Origin: a virus
Taxonomy: Duplodnaviria; Caudoviricetes
Length of the DNA: 61,670 bases
Reading direction: 5' to 3' (one strand)
IMG/VR virus record: IMGVR_UViG_3300042402_004691
Location: 1-61,670 of that record
The notes under the pieces were generated by a model that had not been told where the DNA came from, searched no databases, and worked only from the letters and a program-made list of their open reading frames with translations. Shown here piece by piece: positions 28,084 through 38,872 of the stretch (position 1 is the stretch's first letter; each line of letters opens with the position of its first letter). The translations under genes were made by a program, and so were the position numbers.

Positions 28084-31000
28084 ATGGCTAGAATAAAAAA
28101 ATTTGGGGATACCCGATCGGAAAAATTATCAACATTTCAAACTTTTTTAGTAGATGATAATCCAAATTCTACTTATTTTAGAATTAGTGAATTCAAAGAC
28201 ACTTTTTCAGGTGGTAAAAATGGATTTCTTATAGAAGGATCTGAATTTCTAAAAGAAACTACTGAAATTAAAATTGAAATACTTGATGTTGAAGGTAACC
28301 CAATTTACTTTGAACCAGGAGATGGTATACCTGAATATTACGAAGGTGTATCCAAATTACTATCAGTTCACATATATGAGGATGTTCCGATAGGTATAGG
28401 TAAAATAACCATATTAGGTGAATTAAAAAATTATTTAGATAGCGGAGATGTTATTAGACCAATTCCTGATGATTGGAAAGGCTTGTATAATGTAAAGTGG
28501 GAAAGGGATTTCAAAATAAACCGATTACTATCTAACGAAGATAAAGTTAGGTTTTATAGAAGACCTGTAATTGAGATTGATGAAATTACTAGACCTATAT
28601 TTACTGCAACTCCTACAGAAATCCAACAGAGTGGAATTGTTAATGGATTACCAATAGTTCCAAATGCTGGAACTAGATTGACAGATTTTTCATTACCAAC
28701 ATCTTACTTACTTACAATTGCAGATAATTCAAATTGGACGGCATCGGTAGTTGGAAATCCAGTAGTGCTACCTAATTTGGGAGTTCAACTACAAAGTAGT
28801 GATGTTATTACAAATAAACAACTTACAGTAACAACTCCATATACTGTAAATGGAATTGTACAACCATTTTTTAATCAGCCATATACCGCGAGTTTTAATT
28901 ATTTAGAATTAGACTCTACATTGGGAACTGCGTTGAGTGGATCATTTGCTAAAATAAACATTACAGAATTAACTACTTTTGTTGGAGATGTAGCTAGGGT
29001 GAAGGTATTTAGAAAATCTCAATCCGAAGTATCCGATTTCCAATTTGTACAAGAAATACCATTGGAGTCTAATGAAATACTAATTGATTTAGAGTCATCA
29101 CAACGAAATCAGGAGTTATATGGATTATTCACTCCGTTTGTATTACAAAATTATTGGGTTACATCTTCTAACAATTTGACAATTGATTTTAATCAAGATT
29201 TTTTATATAACTCCGTAGAACTAAATAGTGTTGGTACTAATAGATTTTCTAGTGTAAAAGATGTTCCTATAAATTTGGGAATAGAATATACATTTGGATT
29301 TAATATTAGATTAGAAGAAAACATATCATCGCAAAATTCTTTGATAGTTTATTTAGAGGGTATTCGAAATGGTTTAACCACACGACAACCAATCGTAACA
29401 CTTCAGTCATCAAACGCTATTTTACAGAAATCAAATATAACTGCAAATTTTATAGCAGAAGGATTGGATAACGCTAAACTAATTTTTGAAGTAAGTGGTA
29501 ATGGTTGGTATATATCCGATGTTAGTTTAAGAGCATCTCAAGAAAGTTCATTTTCACCTGATGAGATTACATTTATACAACCTGTCCCTAGAACATTAGA
29601 AACTGAAACATTTGATTTCCGTTTTGAGTTTTATGACATAAACAACAACTACATACCTGTACTGGTAGAAAAAACAAAAACCTTTGATGGTGGTAACCTA
29701 AACCGAATAGCTAAACGATTGGAATTAGTACCATCTTCTTTATATTTTCAATTTGACTCTGGATCTGGAACGGGTAACCCGTTACCACCAAGTGCAATCT
29801 TTATAGATGTTGTTAAGGAGTTTTTGACAGGTTCAACTAATTTTACATCCCGTTCATTTGATTTGGATAATAATGAGTTATCTGCCTCCGTTTATATTGG
29901 AGAACAATATCCAGGTCTTTTAATAGATGAAGGAGATGACAGGTATAGATTGACAGTCCAAAACTTTACGGGTTCAAAAATTGATACCATAGTTCAATAT
30001 ATAGAATATGTTGCAGAATGTGAGGGTGTAAGTGATACTATTGTTATAACTAGAGTTAGTGATGGTAAGGGTGGAGTTAATTTTGAGATAAGACCTTATA
30101 GAGGAACTGTAATTAGAAACAGTGATGAATTCGCTACATTGGAAGTTCAAGCGGTTAGAATTGATGGTATAAATGAAACCAATTTAGTTAGTGGATTACC
30201 ATTAAATCAGTCTGATACTAAACTATTCGTACAATCGGGTTCTAATTATCTAACAATTACTGAAGCAAGTAGTTCTGGATTTTTATTAGGAGTTACCGCC
30301 GGAACAACAGGTTCTACTGAACTTGATTACAATCCAGTATTTAATAGAGATAGTATAGTTGGGCAATTAGTGCTTTACTTAATACCATCATCTTCCGTAA
30401 ATAGAGAAGAAAATATTGTATCAACACTAACCTTAACTGATATTTTGGATGGTTTGGATGCCGGATTTATTGAGTATGATATAGATGTGTTTACTATTAA
30501 CCCTCGTACTGAAACGATATTCACACCTGTATCCGCTAGTGTAACTGCATCTTATTATAGAAGAGGAACTAGTGAAAATCCAATATCAGCATCCGTTATT
30601 GTATATCCATCCATGTCCATAAACGAAGATTTTATACCTGAATTTTGGATGAACTATTTTACTGGAAGTATAAACTCTGATATTATTGTAAGTGGGTTTG
30701 ATGAATTAGGAAATTTAATGACTCCTGTATTACCTTCGAACTTTGTTGGAGATCCATTATTTCAAAACAAACAATTAACTTTAAGTTTTAATTACATAGA
30801 ACCATATACTTCGGAGAGTGTATTGGTGGAGCATACATTTAACATTATTCCAGAAGGAGTACCTGGACAAGATGCAATTATTTATGAAATAATACCTTCT
30901 AATGTGACATTAAATGCGAATGAAAGTGGAATTGTAACTAATTTCAATCCATCCGCAACCGAAATAAAAGTTAAGCAAGGATTTGATTATCTTGCATTTA

Positions 31001-34000
31001 CTGGAAGTGGAAAACCTGGAACTTTCTTCATATCATCCGCATCTGTTATCGGTAATAATGTAACTCCAGGTGAGGTTTATTTTGATAATACATATACACA
31101 ATCACTTTTGGTATCTGCTTCAACTGCGTTTGATGTACTTGCATTAAGTGGTAGTGTAGAATACCTAATAGAAGTTCATCCATTTTTCACATCTTCATTC
31201 TTTACACAAAGTTTAGTTCAACCATATATTAAAACATTTGATGGTGAAACTGCAAGGAGTGTTACACTACAGGCATCATCTAATATAGTTAACTTTGATG
31301 GGAACGGTATAGTGATATCACCAGAAGGAGATATTGTACTAACTGCTACCGCCTTTGGAGCAACTGGTTCTGTATTTTATCAATTCTATAGAAATGATAT
31401 ACCATATTCAACAGTTCAATCATCTAATATATTTGAGGTAGGATCAGGTGATGCTGCTCTAATAGGTGAAACCGCATTGTGGAGTGTAGAAATTAGAGAT
31501 GGTGGTGCGACATCGGTGGTAAGAGCGGAAGGTAGTGTAACTATTGCGGGTGTGCAAGGTGGTGCAGATGCATACAATGTTCAATTAACTAATGAAAACT
31601 CATCCGTAGTATCTAGTGTATTTGATGTCCTAACATTAAGTGGTAGTGGTACTGATATATTAGCTACAAAAGGAGATGTGGCGTTGCAAGCAGTAACTTC
31701 GTTTTCTTCACCAACATTTGATCAATTAGGAAGTGAGATACCAAATGGAGAATACAGAGTTAAAATTGCATCCAAACCTTCGTATATAACATTAGCAGGT
31801 GGATTGGTAAGTGGTAGTACAGTTCCAGTAGTAAGTGGTATAGCTAGAATTGGTGATATAACTGCATGGAGTACTCCTAGAGAAAATACAACTGCTCAAA
31901 TTGTGTATGAGGTTAATTTAGAAAACGGAAGAAGAACAACATTTAAGACACAATCCCTATCAGTTCAGTTCGAAGGAGCAATCGGTCCGGGTCTAATTAT
32001 GAGAGGAGTTTGGACTGGCTCTTTACAATACATATTTGATACTCCTAGTAAAAGAAGAGATAGTGTAATCTATCCAGGAGGTATAAATGAAACTTATTAT
32101 TGGGCATCATTGACATCTTCACTAAACCAACCACCTCCAACTATTGTGGGTGAGCCGAGTGAAGATCCGAGAGATGCGAATGAGTATTGGGAATACTTGG
32201 GTAAGGAAGAGTTTTTTGTTGCTGCTAAATTGGCAATTTTTGAGGAGTCCTTTGTTAAGAACACTATAAATGTTGGAAACAATCCTGGTAGTGCATTTGC
32301 TAATATCGTAATCGCTGGAGGTAGAATTGATCCTTATTTTGCAATAGGACAAAACGGAACTGTTGGATTGGATGGAGACCAGACTGGGAGTGGTATAATT
32401 GGTTATGACCGACCTGGTATTTTTATGGGTACATTTGATAGTGGTGGAACTAAAACTGCACGTTTCTCATTAAAAAATGGAGCCGGTGATAGATACATGC
32501 GTTGGAATGGTTCTGACTTAGAATTAAGTGGAGTATTGAATGCGGGTGGTATGAAATTAGGACCTGATGTAAGTGGGTCTAATGATGGATTATTCATTGG
32601 AGATACTAACTACTGGTATGACAATGGTAATTTTAAGGTAGGTGCTAGTAATAACTATATGGAATGGGATGGTTCTGCTTTAATAATAAAAGGTAGTATC
32701 AGGCAAACCGCAGCAGGGCAGCCAGAAGGAAGGGCATTGGGTGCGTGGAGTGCTAGCTTTGCATATTTAGTAAATGATATAGTATCACACAATGGTAGAA
32801 CTTGGTATTGTAAAGTAGCACATAATTCTGGAACTACACCTGATGATGAACCTTTAGTTGGTTCTAATTACACAACTTATTGGGAAATTGCAGCTGATGC
32901 GGGTACTTCGGGAACTGCCGGTGCGTCTGGAACAAGTGGTACAAATGGAGCGGCTGGGGCAGCTGGAGATCCTGGTCCAGGTGTAGTTTTTAGAGGTCCA
33001 TATTCTGCAAGTGAAAACTATTTTTATACTACAGCTAGAAGAGATATTGTAAGAGGAAGTGATGGTGCTTTTTATTTAGCAAATAATTTAGCAAAAAATG
33101 GATTAAATACTTGGCTTGACCCAACAACAACACCTGCCGATTGGACTGCATTTGGAGCACAATTTAGTTCTGTTGCAACTGATGTTTTATTAGCACAAGA
33201 TGCTACTATAACTAGGGGATTGGTTATGGGTGCAGGTGACGGTGGTTCATCGTTTATTAGAAGTTCTGGAGCAACTTCATTAACTACTGGCACTGGATTT
33301 TTTATGAGTAGTAGCGGAAATTTTAGATTTGGTGAAAGTATAAGTGATAGTGGTAATTTTGTTTATTGGGATGGCTCTCAATTGGAAGTAGGTGGTACAC
33401 TTAAAACACGAGGTGGGAATAGTGAATTAGGTAATTGGTTAGTAGATGATCTGGGAAGATTTAGAGACTCTGGTTCTAAACTTATATTAGATGCGGAACA
33501 AAAATCAATAAAAATAGCAAACTCCGCGGGAGAACTGAAACTGAGCGTTAGAACAGGTGCATTACAATCTTTGACGGGTGGTGCGGTTACCAACACACCA
33601 AATACAATAAGTAATTCCGCATTAACATATTCAACTAATCAAAGTTTTACACAAACATTTACAACAACTGCATTTAGTACAACATTAAATGCAGGACAAT
33701 ATAGCTATAATATAAATTCAACTTCAATGGCGGGTAGTATAACCCACTCATCTCCTACATCTGGATTTTTTACTATCAGCTATTTTTATCAAGTATTGAA
33801 TGCTTCAAACGAAAGTGTATCAACTATATCACTAGCATCCGGTACGAGTTTCGGAACAGGTGGTAGTATATTTGGTCAAAGTGGATTGAATGTAATAACT
33901 ATACCAGTAACTGGAACATATACAATAAGACCAGTATATGTTGTAACTGTAAGTTTTAGTTCTCCTGGTAATGTAACTTTTCCTATCCAAAGCTTTTCAC

Positions 34001-34734
34001 CTGGAACTGTTACATTTTCTCCTTCAACTAATTTTGCAGAATTAACTGACAGCGGACTTCAGGTTGTGAGTAGCAATAATAGATTTGTAAAATTAGAAAG
34101 AGGCGATGGTACTAGTGGATACGAAATTACAGCAAAAGGATTGTGTTATTTTGAGCAGTCTAATGTTAATAGTAGTACTACGGTTATTGCTATTGATGGG
34201 GATATAGTTCCTAATAATGTCATAACATCTTCATTGGGAAAGATTGGAAACCGATGGGAACAACTTCATATAAATGAAATATTTTCCCCATCATTACCAA
34301 CAACTGCAACTGCAGCTAATCTTAATATAGATACCACAGCTGGTACTACATTAGGAAGATTTAGACGTTCTACTTCATCCGAGCGGTATAAATTAAATAT
34401 TGAAGATTTGGACAAACCATTAGTTGATAATTCAATAATGAATTTGAGACCTGTTTGGTATAGAAGTAATCCAGATACTACTGTTGATAGACCTGATTGG
34501 AGTTATATTGGATTAATCGCCGAAGAAGTTGCTGAAATTGAACCTAGATTAGTTCAATATAATATAACAACTGGTTCAAACGGTCAGGAAGTTTTGATAC
34601 CAGAGAGTGTTCAATATGATAGAATTGGAGTATTGTTATTATCGCATATACAATCTCAAACAAAAATAATAGATGAACTTTCTAAAAAAGTAAATGATTT
34701 AGAATTGTCGATAAGTAGTTCAAATAATTTATAA
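28084..34734 (+). CDS. Long tail fibre / receptor-binding protein with C-terminal S74 intramolecular chaperone
   Basis: GxxGxx collagen-like stretch; CBM5/12-like WSASFAYLVNDIVSHNGRTWYC; SSERYKLNIEDL and GLIAEEV S74 motifs; terminal coiled coil. Confidence 0.85.
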   Translation: MARIKKFGDTRSEKLSTFQTFLVDDNPNSTYFRISEFKDTFSGGKNGFLIEGSEFLKETTEIKIEILDVEGNPIYFEPGDGIPEYYEGVSKLLSVHIYEDVPIGIGKITILGELKNYLDSGDVIRPIPDDWKGLYNVKWERDFKINRLLSNEDKVRFYRRPVIEIDEITRPIFTATPTEIQQSGIVNGLPIVPNAGTRLTDFSLPTSYLLTIADNSNWTASVVGNPVVLPNLGVQLQSSDVITNKQLTVTTPYTVNGIVQPFFNQPYTASFNYLELDSTLGTALSGSFAKINITELTTFVGDVARVKVFRKSQSEVSDFQFVQEIPLESNEILIDLESSQRNQELYGLFTPFVLQNYWVTSSNNLTIDFNQDFLYNSVELNSVGTNRFSSVKDVPINLGIEYTFGFNIRLEENISSQNSLIVYLEGIRNGLTTRQPIVTLQSSNAILQKSNITANFIAEGLDNAKLIFEVSGNGWYISDVSLRASQESSFSPDEITFIQPVPRTLETETFDFRFEFYDINNNYIPVLVEKTKTFDGGNLNRIAKRLELVPSSLYFQFDSGSGTGNPLPPSAIFIDVVKEFLTGSTNFTSRSFDLDNNELSASVYIGEQYPGLLIDEGDDRYRLTVQNFTGSKIDTIVQYIEYVAECEGVSDTIVITRVSDGKGGVNFEIRPYRGTVIRNSDEFATLEVQAVRIDGINETNLVSGLPLNQSDTKLFVQSGSNYLTITEASSSGFLLGVTAGTTGSTELDYNPVFNRDSIVGQLVLYLIPSSSVNREENIVSTLTLTDILDGLDAGFIEYDIDVFTINPRTETIFTPVSASVTASYYRRGTSENPISASVIVYPSMSINEDFIPEFWMNYFTGSINSDIIVSGFDELGNLMTPVLPSNFVGDPLFQNKQLTLSFNYIEPYTSESVLVEHTFNIIPEGVPGQDAIIYEIIPSNVTLNANESGIVTNFNPSATEIKVKQGFDYLAFTGSGKPGTFFISSASVIGNNVTPGEVYFDNTYTQSLLVSASTAFDVLALSGSVEYLIEVHPFFTSSFFTQSLVQPYIKTFDGETARSVTLQASSNIVNFDGNGIVISPEGDIVLTATAFGATGSVFYQFYRNDIPYSTVQSSNIFEVGSGDAALIGETALWSVEIRDGGATSVVRAEGSVTIAGVQGGADAYNVQLTNENSSVVSSVFDVLTLSGSGTDILATKGDVALQAVTSFSSPTFDQLGSEIPNGEYRVKIASKPSYITLAGGLVSGSTVPVVSGIARIGDITAWSTPRENTTAQIVYEVNLENGRRTTFKTQSLSVQFEGAIGPGLIMRGVWTGSLQYIFDTPSKRRDSVIYPGGINETYYWASLTSSLNQPPPTIVGEPSEDPRDANEYWEYLGKEEFFVAAKLAIFEESFVKNTINVGNNPGSAFANIVIAGGRIDPYFAIGQNGTVGLDGDQTGSGIIGYDRPGIFMGTFDSGGTKTARFSLKNGAGDRYMRWNGSDLELSGVLNAGGMKLGPDVSGSNDGLFIGDTNYWYDNGNFKVGASNNYMEWDGSALIIKGSIRQTAAGQPEGRALGAWSASFAYLVNDIVSHNGRTWYCKVAHNSGTTPDDEPLVGSNYTTYWEIAADAGTSGTAGASGTSGTNGAAGAAGDPGPGVVFRGPYSASENYFYTTARRDIVRGSDGAFYLANNLAKNGLNTWLDPTTTPADWTAFGAQFSSVATDVLLAQDATITRGLVMGAGDGGSSFIRSSGATSLTTGTGFFMSSSGNFRFGESISDSGNFVYWDGSQLEVGGTLKTRGGNSELGNWLVDDLGRFRDSGSKLILDAEQKSIKIANSAGELKLSVRTGALQSLTGGAVTNTPNTISNSALTYSTNQSFTQTFTTTAFSTTLNAGQYSYNINSTSMAGSITHSSPTSGFFTISYFYQVLNASNESVSTISLASGTSFGTGGSIFGQSGLNVITIPVTGTYTIRPVYVVTVSFSSPGNVTFPIQSFSPGTVTFSPSTNFAELTDSGLQVVSSNNRFVKLERGDGTSGYEITAKGLCYFEQSNVNSSTTVIAIDGDIVPNNVITSSLGKIGNRWEQLHINEIFSPSLPTTATAANLNIDTTAGTTLGRFRRSTSSERYKLNIEDLDKPLVDNSIMNLRPVWYRSNPDTTVDRPDWSYIGLIAEEVAEIEPRLVQYNITTGSNGQEVLIPESVQYDRIGVLLLSHIQSQTKIIDELSKKVNDLELSISSSNNL

Positions 34735-34782
34735 CAATTAAAATAATATATATTTATATATACAAATAAAACAAAAAAGTTT

Positions 34783-35064
34783 ATGACACAAATTAAAGAA
34801 GTATTACAAACTGAAGTAATTGAAAAATTAAAATTCAACCAAGCTCAAGCAAACGAAGCGGTGGTAAATTTAGGACAAATTGAATTGAGAATTATTGATT
34901 TGAAAGATGAGTTAGATGCAGTTCAACAATTTAAAGAAGATGTTCTAAAATCTTATAGAACCGCAGTTGATACAATCAATACCGAACTTAAAGTATTGGA
35001 AGAAAAATATCCAAACGGTGAAGTTGATTTGAATGAAGGGGTTGTCATTTTCGAAAAAGAATAA
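34783..35064 (+). CDS. Small coiled-coil protein, paralogue of 39817-40143
   Basis: LGQIELR...EKYPNGEVDLNEG vs LGELHVR...EKYPGGRINLQEG. Confidence 0.75.
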   Translation: MTQIKEVLQTEVIEKLKFNQAQANEAVVNLGQIELRIIDLKDELDAVQQFKEDVLKSYRTAVDTINTELKVLEEKYPNGEVDLNEGVVIFEKE

Positions 35065-35073
35065 ATAAATAAC

Positions 35074-35104
35074 TAGGAATTGTAACAAATTTTTACTATA
35101 TTTG
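35074..35104 (+). promoter_or_regulatory. Bacteroidota-type promoter for the glycosylation operon
   Basis: TAGG(35074) N19 TATATTTG(35097-35104). Confidence 0.65.
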
Positions 35105-35119
35105 TTACAAAGTATTTTT

Positions 35120-36763
35120 ATGAAAAAAAGGTTACTATACATCTGCCCACACTTATCCACTGGTGGGCAACCACAATATGTTTACAAACAAATAGAAAGT
35201 TTCAAAGATGAATTTGAAATCCAAGTTGTAGAAATACATAATAGTGGAGGAACTGCATTTGTGGTTCAAAAAAATAGAATAAAAAACACAGTACCACTTC
35301 ATACATTGGGTGAAGATAAAAATGATGTGTTAAAGGTAATAGAAAACTTTTCACCTCATATTATTCACTTTCACGAAATTCCACAATTCGATTTATCGCA
35401 CGAAACATTAGATGTTATATTCAGTGAGAATAGAAATTATCACATAGTAGTAACAACACATGGTTCATTGACTAATCCAGATGAGATAATTTATCAACCT
35501 GATAGATATGTTTTAGTTAGTGAGTGGAGTAAAAGAAAGTTTGAAGGATTGGGTATCGAAACTGATGTGTGGCAATATCCAATTGAAAACTATGCATTTG
35601 ATAAAGCCGAAGCTAGAAAAAAGCTGGGGTTTGAAGATGATTGGAAACACGTCTTAAATGTAGGTTTATTCGCTCCTGGTAAAAATCAAAAAGAAATATT
35701 TGATATAGCTAGAGAATTAGAACAATACAAAATAAAGTTTCACTTCGTAGGAAATCAGGCAATGAACTTTGAACATTATTGGAAACCACTATTGGATACA
35801 AAGCCTGATAATTGTATAGTGTGGGGGGAGCGAAACGATGTTGATACTTTCTACGCGGCATCCGATATCTTTTATTTTTCATCTATATTGGAATTAAACC
35901 CATTATCCATAAAAGAAGCATTATCATATAAACTACCATCACTATTCCGTAGATTACACACTTATTTAGATACCTACGATAACAACCGATTAGTACACTA
36001 TATTACTAACGATTTGGGTGATACTAAAAATAGATTGTTGAAATTGTTAGGATTGGAAACTACAAAGAGTGTAAAACCTAAAATACAGATAAAGCATCTA
36101 TTGACGAGACCTGATGATGAAAGGGAAATGTTGAGTATGAAATCCATAAGCACTTTACAGAGATATGGGATAAATTATCAACCAATCGTTAATCAAGTAT
36201 ATGAGGGATTGGCTCCTGCTGAAAATTGTAGAAGACCTGAGCATATTAGTAAAGATAATAAACCAGGAGAATTATATCCTGGCGCTGGGTTAGGTTGGAT
36301 GACAGGTAGACATTACGGGTGCTATCTTGCACATAGAGGAGCATTGGAAACAATCGACAGTGAATATGATTACACGCTAATCTTTGAGGCAGATGCGTAT
36401 GTACATTCAACAATGGATGAGTTTGTGGATATTATATACAAAGGGTGTGAAATTATGGAAAGAGATGATGTTTATTTCCTATCCTTTGCGGATAATCCAT
36501 CTAGATACAAAGAGAGGATTAATGAATACTTTTCTAAAACAGGTTCTAATCAAGACCTTGCCCACGCTTATATTGTGAGAAATAAAGATAAAGAATGGTG
36601 GATGGAACGATTAAAAGATTGTGGATGGGATGTGGGAGACCTTTGGTACAATCATGTATTTGCAAATCATCCTAAACCTCGATACACAACAAATAAAGTT
36701 TATTCTAATCAGGGTGCTGGGTATTCTTTGTTAGATGAGACTATAAAAAAATGGGAGTTATGA
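35120..36763 (+). CDS. Two-domain glycosyltransferase (N-terminal GT4/GT-B, C-terminal GT25-like)
   Basis: HLSTGGQPQ, NVGLFAPGKNQ, ELNPLSIKEALS GT4 motifs; YGCYLAH...LIFEAD...AHAYIV GT25-like motifs; ATG at 35120. Confidence 0.8.
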   Translation: MKKRLLYICPHLSTGGQPQYVYKQIESFKDEFEIQVVEIHNSGGTAFVVQKNRIKNTVPLHTLGEDKNDVLKVIENFSPHIIHFHEIPQFDLSHETLDVIFSENRNYHIVVTTHGSLTNPDEIIYQPDRYVLVSEWSKRKFEGLGIETDVWQYPIENYAFDKAEARKKLGFEDDWKHVLNVGLFAPGKNQKEIFDIARELEQYKIKFHFVGNQAMNFEHYWKPLLDTKPDNCIVWGERNDVDTFYAASDIFYFSSILELNPLSIKEALSYKLPSLFRRLHTYLDTYDNNRLVHYITNDLGDTKNRLLKLLGLETTKSVKPKIQIKHLLTRPDDEREMLSMKSISTLQRYGINYQPIVNQVYEGLAPAENCRRPEHISKDNKPGELYPGAGLGWMTGRHYGCYLAHRGALETIDSEYDYTLIFEADAYVHSTMDEFVDIIYKGCEIMERDDVYFLSFADNPSRYKERINEYFSKTGSNQDLAHAYIVRNKDKEWWMERLKDCGWDVGDLWYNHVFANHPKPRYTTNKVYSNQGAGYSLLDETIKKWEL

Positions 36764-37899
36764 TATACGATAATTTAGTTAAAAACGAAAACAATAAAGT
36801 AGTACCTAAAAATACTATAAACATAAACTTTGTAAAGGGTGCGTTTGTTGAAGTTAAAGGTTCTAAGGAAGCAAATTATAGGATACGATTTGTAAATAAC
36901 ATAACTGGTGAGATGCCTTACGAAACTACTATTAGAAATAATATGTGGACTAGATGTACCATTGAATATTTTATAGAGTGGAGAATTGAGGTATATGAAA
37001 ACGAAGAGAGAATACATACCCATATTTACAATGCAGCTGATAAAAGAGTTTATATAGCATTTGACTCTAAAGCGTTAGGTGATACGATGGCATGGATACC
37101 TTATGTTGATGAGTTTAGAAAACAACATAAGTGTGAGGTTATATGCTCTACCTTTATGAACGAATTGTTTGTGGATACCTATCCTGAAATAGAGTTCGTA
37201 AAACCAGGTGTGGGAGTAAATAATCTCTATGCTATGTATTCATTGGGATTGTTCTATACTGAAGATGGTAGTATCAACAAACAAAAGAACCCAACCGATC
37301 CAAAATATCAACCAATGCAAAAAATGGCAACCGATATATTGGGAGTACAATACGAAGAGATAAGACCTAAGTTAAAGTACAATAAGTTAGATAGAAAAAA
37401 ACAAATCGCTATTGGTATACATGGAACTGCTCAATCTAAGTATTGGAATAACCCTACTGGATGGCAAGATGTTGTAGACTGGTTAAATCGTAAAGGGTAT
37501 AATGTAAAACTTATATCCAGAGAAGGAGATGGGTATATGGGTAATCGTCATCCAAAAGGAATTACTAGATTACAATCGGGTTCCATAGAGGGTGTTATAG
37601 ATGAATTAAAGAGTTCTGAGATGTTTATAGGTATCGGTAGTGGGTTGAGTTGGTTGAGTTGGGGATTGGGTGTTAAAACCGTTCTTATTAGTGGATTTTC
37701 GTATGACTGGGCAGAGATGCGGGACTGTATTCGTATATCTCCACCAAAAGGAAAATGTGAAGGTTGCTTTAACCGATTGAGATTAGATGCGGGTGATTGG
37801 AATTGGTGTCCCGATCACAAAGGAACTCAAAGACAATTTGAGTGTACTAAATCCATAACCTCTGAGATGATAATAAAAGAATTGGAAAAGGTACTATGA
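36760..37899 (+). CDS. TibC/Aah (BAHT)-family protein O-heptosyltransferase
   Basis: YFIEWRIEV, ALGDTMAWIPY, AQSKYWNNPTGW, FIGIGSGLSWLSW...VLISGF and iron-finger C-x2-C...WCP.H......FEC motifs; ATGA overlap at 36760. Confidence 0.85.
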   Translation: MIYDNLVKNENNKVVPKNTININFVKGAFVEVKGSKEANYRIRFVNNITGEMPYETTIRNNMWTRCTIEYFIEWRIEVYENEERIHTHIYNAADKRVYIAFDSKALGDTMAWIPYVDEFRKQHKCEVICSTFMNELFVDTYPEIEFVKPGVGVNNLYAMYSLGLFYTEDGSINKQKNPTDPKYQPMQKMATDILGVQYEEIRPKLKYNKLDRKKQIAIGIHGTAQSKYWNNPTGWQDVVDWLNRKGYNVKLISREGDGYMGNRHPKGITRLQSGSIEGVIDELKSSEMFIGIGSGLSWLSWGLGVKTVLISGFSYDWAEMRDCIRISPPKGKCEGCFNRLRLDAGDWNWCPDHKGTQRQFECTKSITSEMIIKELEKVL

Positions 37900-38279
37900 G
37901 GATTTGGATAAATGGTTGTTTTGATGTTCTTCACTATGGTCATTTTCGTATGATAGAATATGCTGCATCTTTAGGTGAGATGCTGGTAATCGGAATTGAC
38001 TCGGATGAAAGGGTTAAAAAAATGAAAGGAGAGGATAGACCATTCCATACAGAAACACAGCGTAAGTTTAATTTAATGCAACTCAAAGGGGTTAGTAATG
38101 TTGTGATATTTGATAGTGATGAGATGTTAAGAAGTCAAATTGAATTATACAAACCAAACATATTCGTAATCGGAAGCGATTATACAAACAAACCTATTAT
38201 TGGAGGAAACCACGCAGATGAAATTCGTTTTTTCGATAGGATAAAAGATTTTAGTACAACAAAAATATTAAAAAAATGA
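37896..38279 (+). CDS. rfaE2: Heptose-1-phosphate nucleotidyltransferase (HldC / RfaE domain II)
   Basis: NGCFDVLHYGH, GIDSD..VKKMKG.DRP, GSDY, STT motifs. Confidence 0.85.
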   Translation: MRIWINGCFDVLHYGHFRMIEYAASLGEMLVIGIDSDERVKKMKGEDRPFHTETQRKFNLMQLKGVSNVVIFDSDEMLRSQIELYKPNIFVIGSDYTNKPIIGGNHADEIRFFDRIKDFSTTKILKK

Positions 38280-38872
38280 TTGATGAAATTGTAGTAATTG
38301 ATAATGTTATACCGTCTTCTATGCAAAATCAAATAGAAGATTTATTTACATCGGGTAGATTAGCTTGGATTTTCTTTAAGGATATTGCGGTATCTCCGGA
38401 AGATATAAAAAGATTGAATATAAAAAAATTAACACCTGGAATTGCTTGTTATATAAAGCAAGATAATCCTAATTTTCTAAATGGGCAGTTGTATAATCTT
38501 GTAAAGATGATACCTGAAGCAGCGTGTAAACAAATAGATAAGCAATGTCTTGAAATCCATAATGCGAGAAGTTTTATGCATTTTCCGTTAAACGATGAGA
38601 TGCGGAAAGAATACGATAATGTGCATATCGATGTTCATTATCCACATTTAGTAGTTCTGTATTATGTAAACGATACGGATGGTGATACATTTATTTTTGA
38701 TAAAACTACTGTTGATTGTAAATACATAACAAAAGATACGAAACTCAATGTACTCAAAAAGGTGAGTCCTAAAAAGGGTAGAGTAGTTATGTTTAATGGT
38801 AATAGGTATCACTCTAGTTCTGGACCAACTAAGGATGTTAGATGTATTATAAACTTTAATGTTAAAATATGA
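38276..38872 (+). CDS. 2OG-Fe(II) oxygenase family protein
   Basis: HID...LYYVND.DGDT...PKKGRVVMFNG..YHSS...R. Confidence 0.8.
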   Translation: MIDEIVVIDNVIPSSMQNQIEDLFTSGRLAWIFFKDIAVSPEDIKRLNIKKLTPGIACYIKQDNPNFLNGQLYNLVKMIPEAACKQIDKQCLEIHNARSFMHFPLNDEMRKEYDNVHIDVHYPHLVVLYYVNDTDGDTFIFDKTTVDCKYITKDTKLNVLKKVSPKKGRVVMFNGNRYHSSSGPTKDVRCIINFNVKI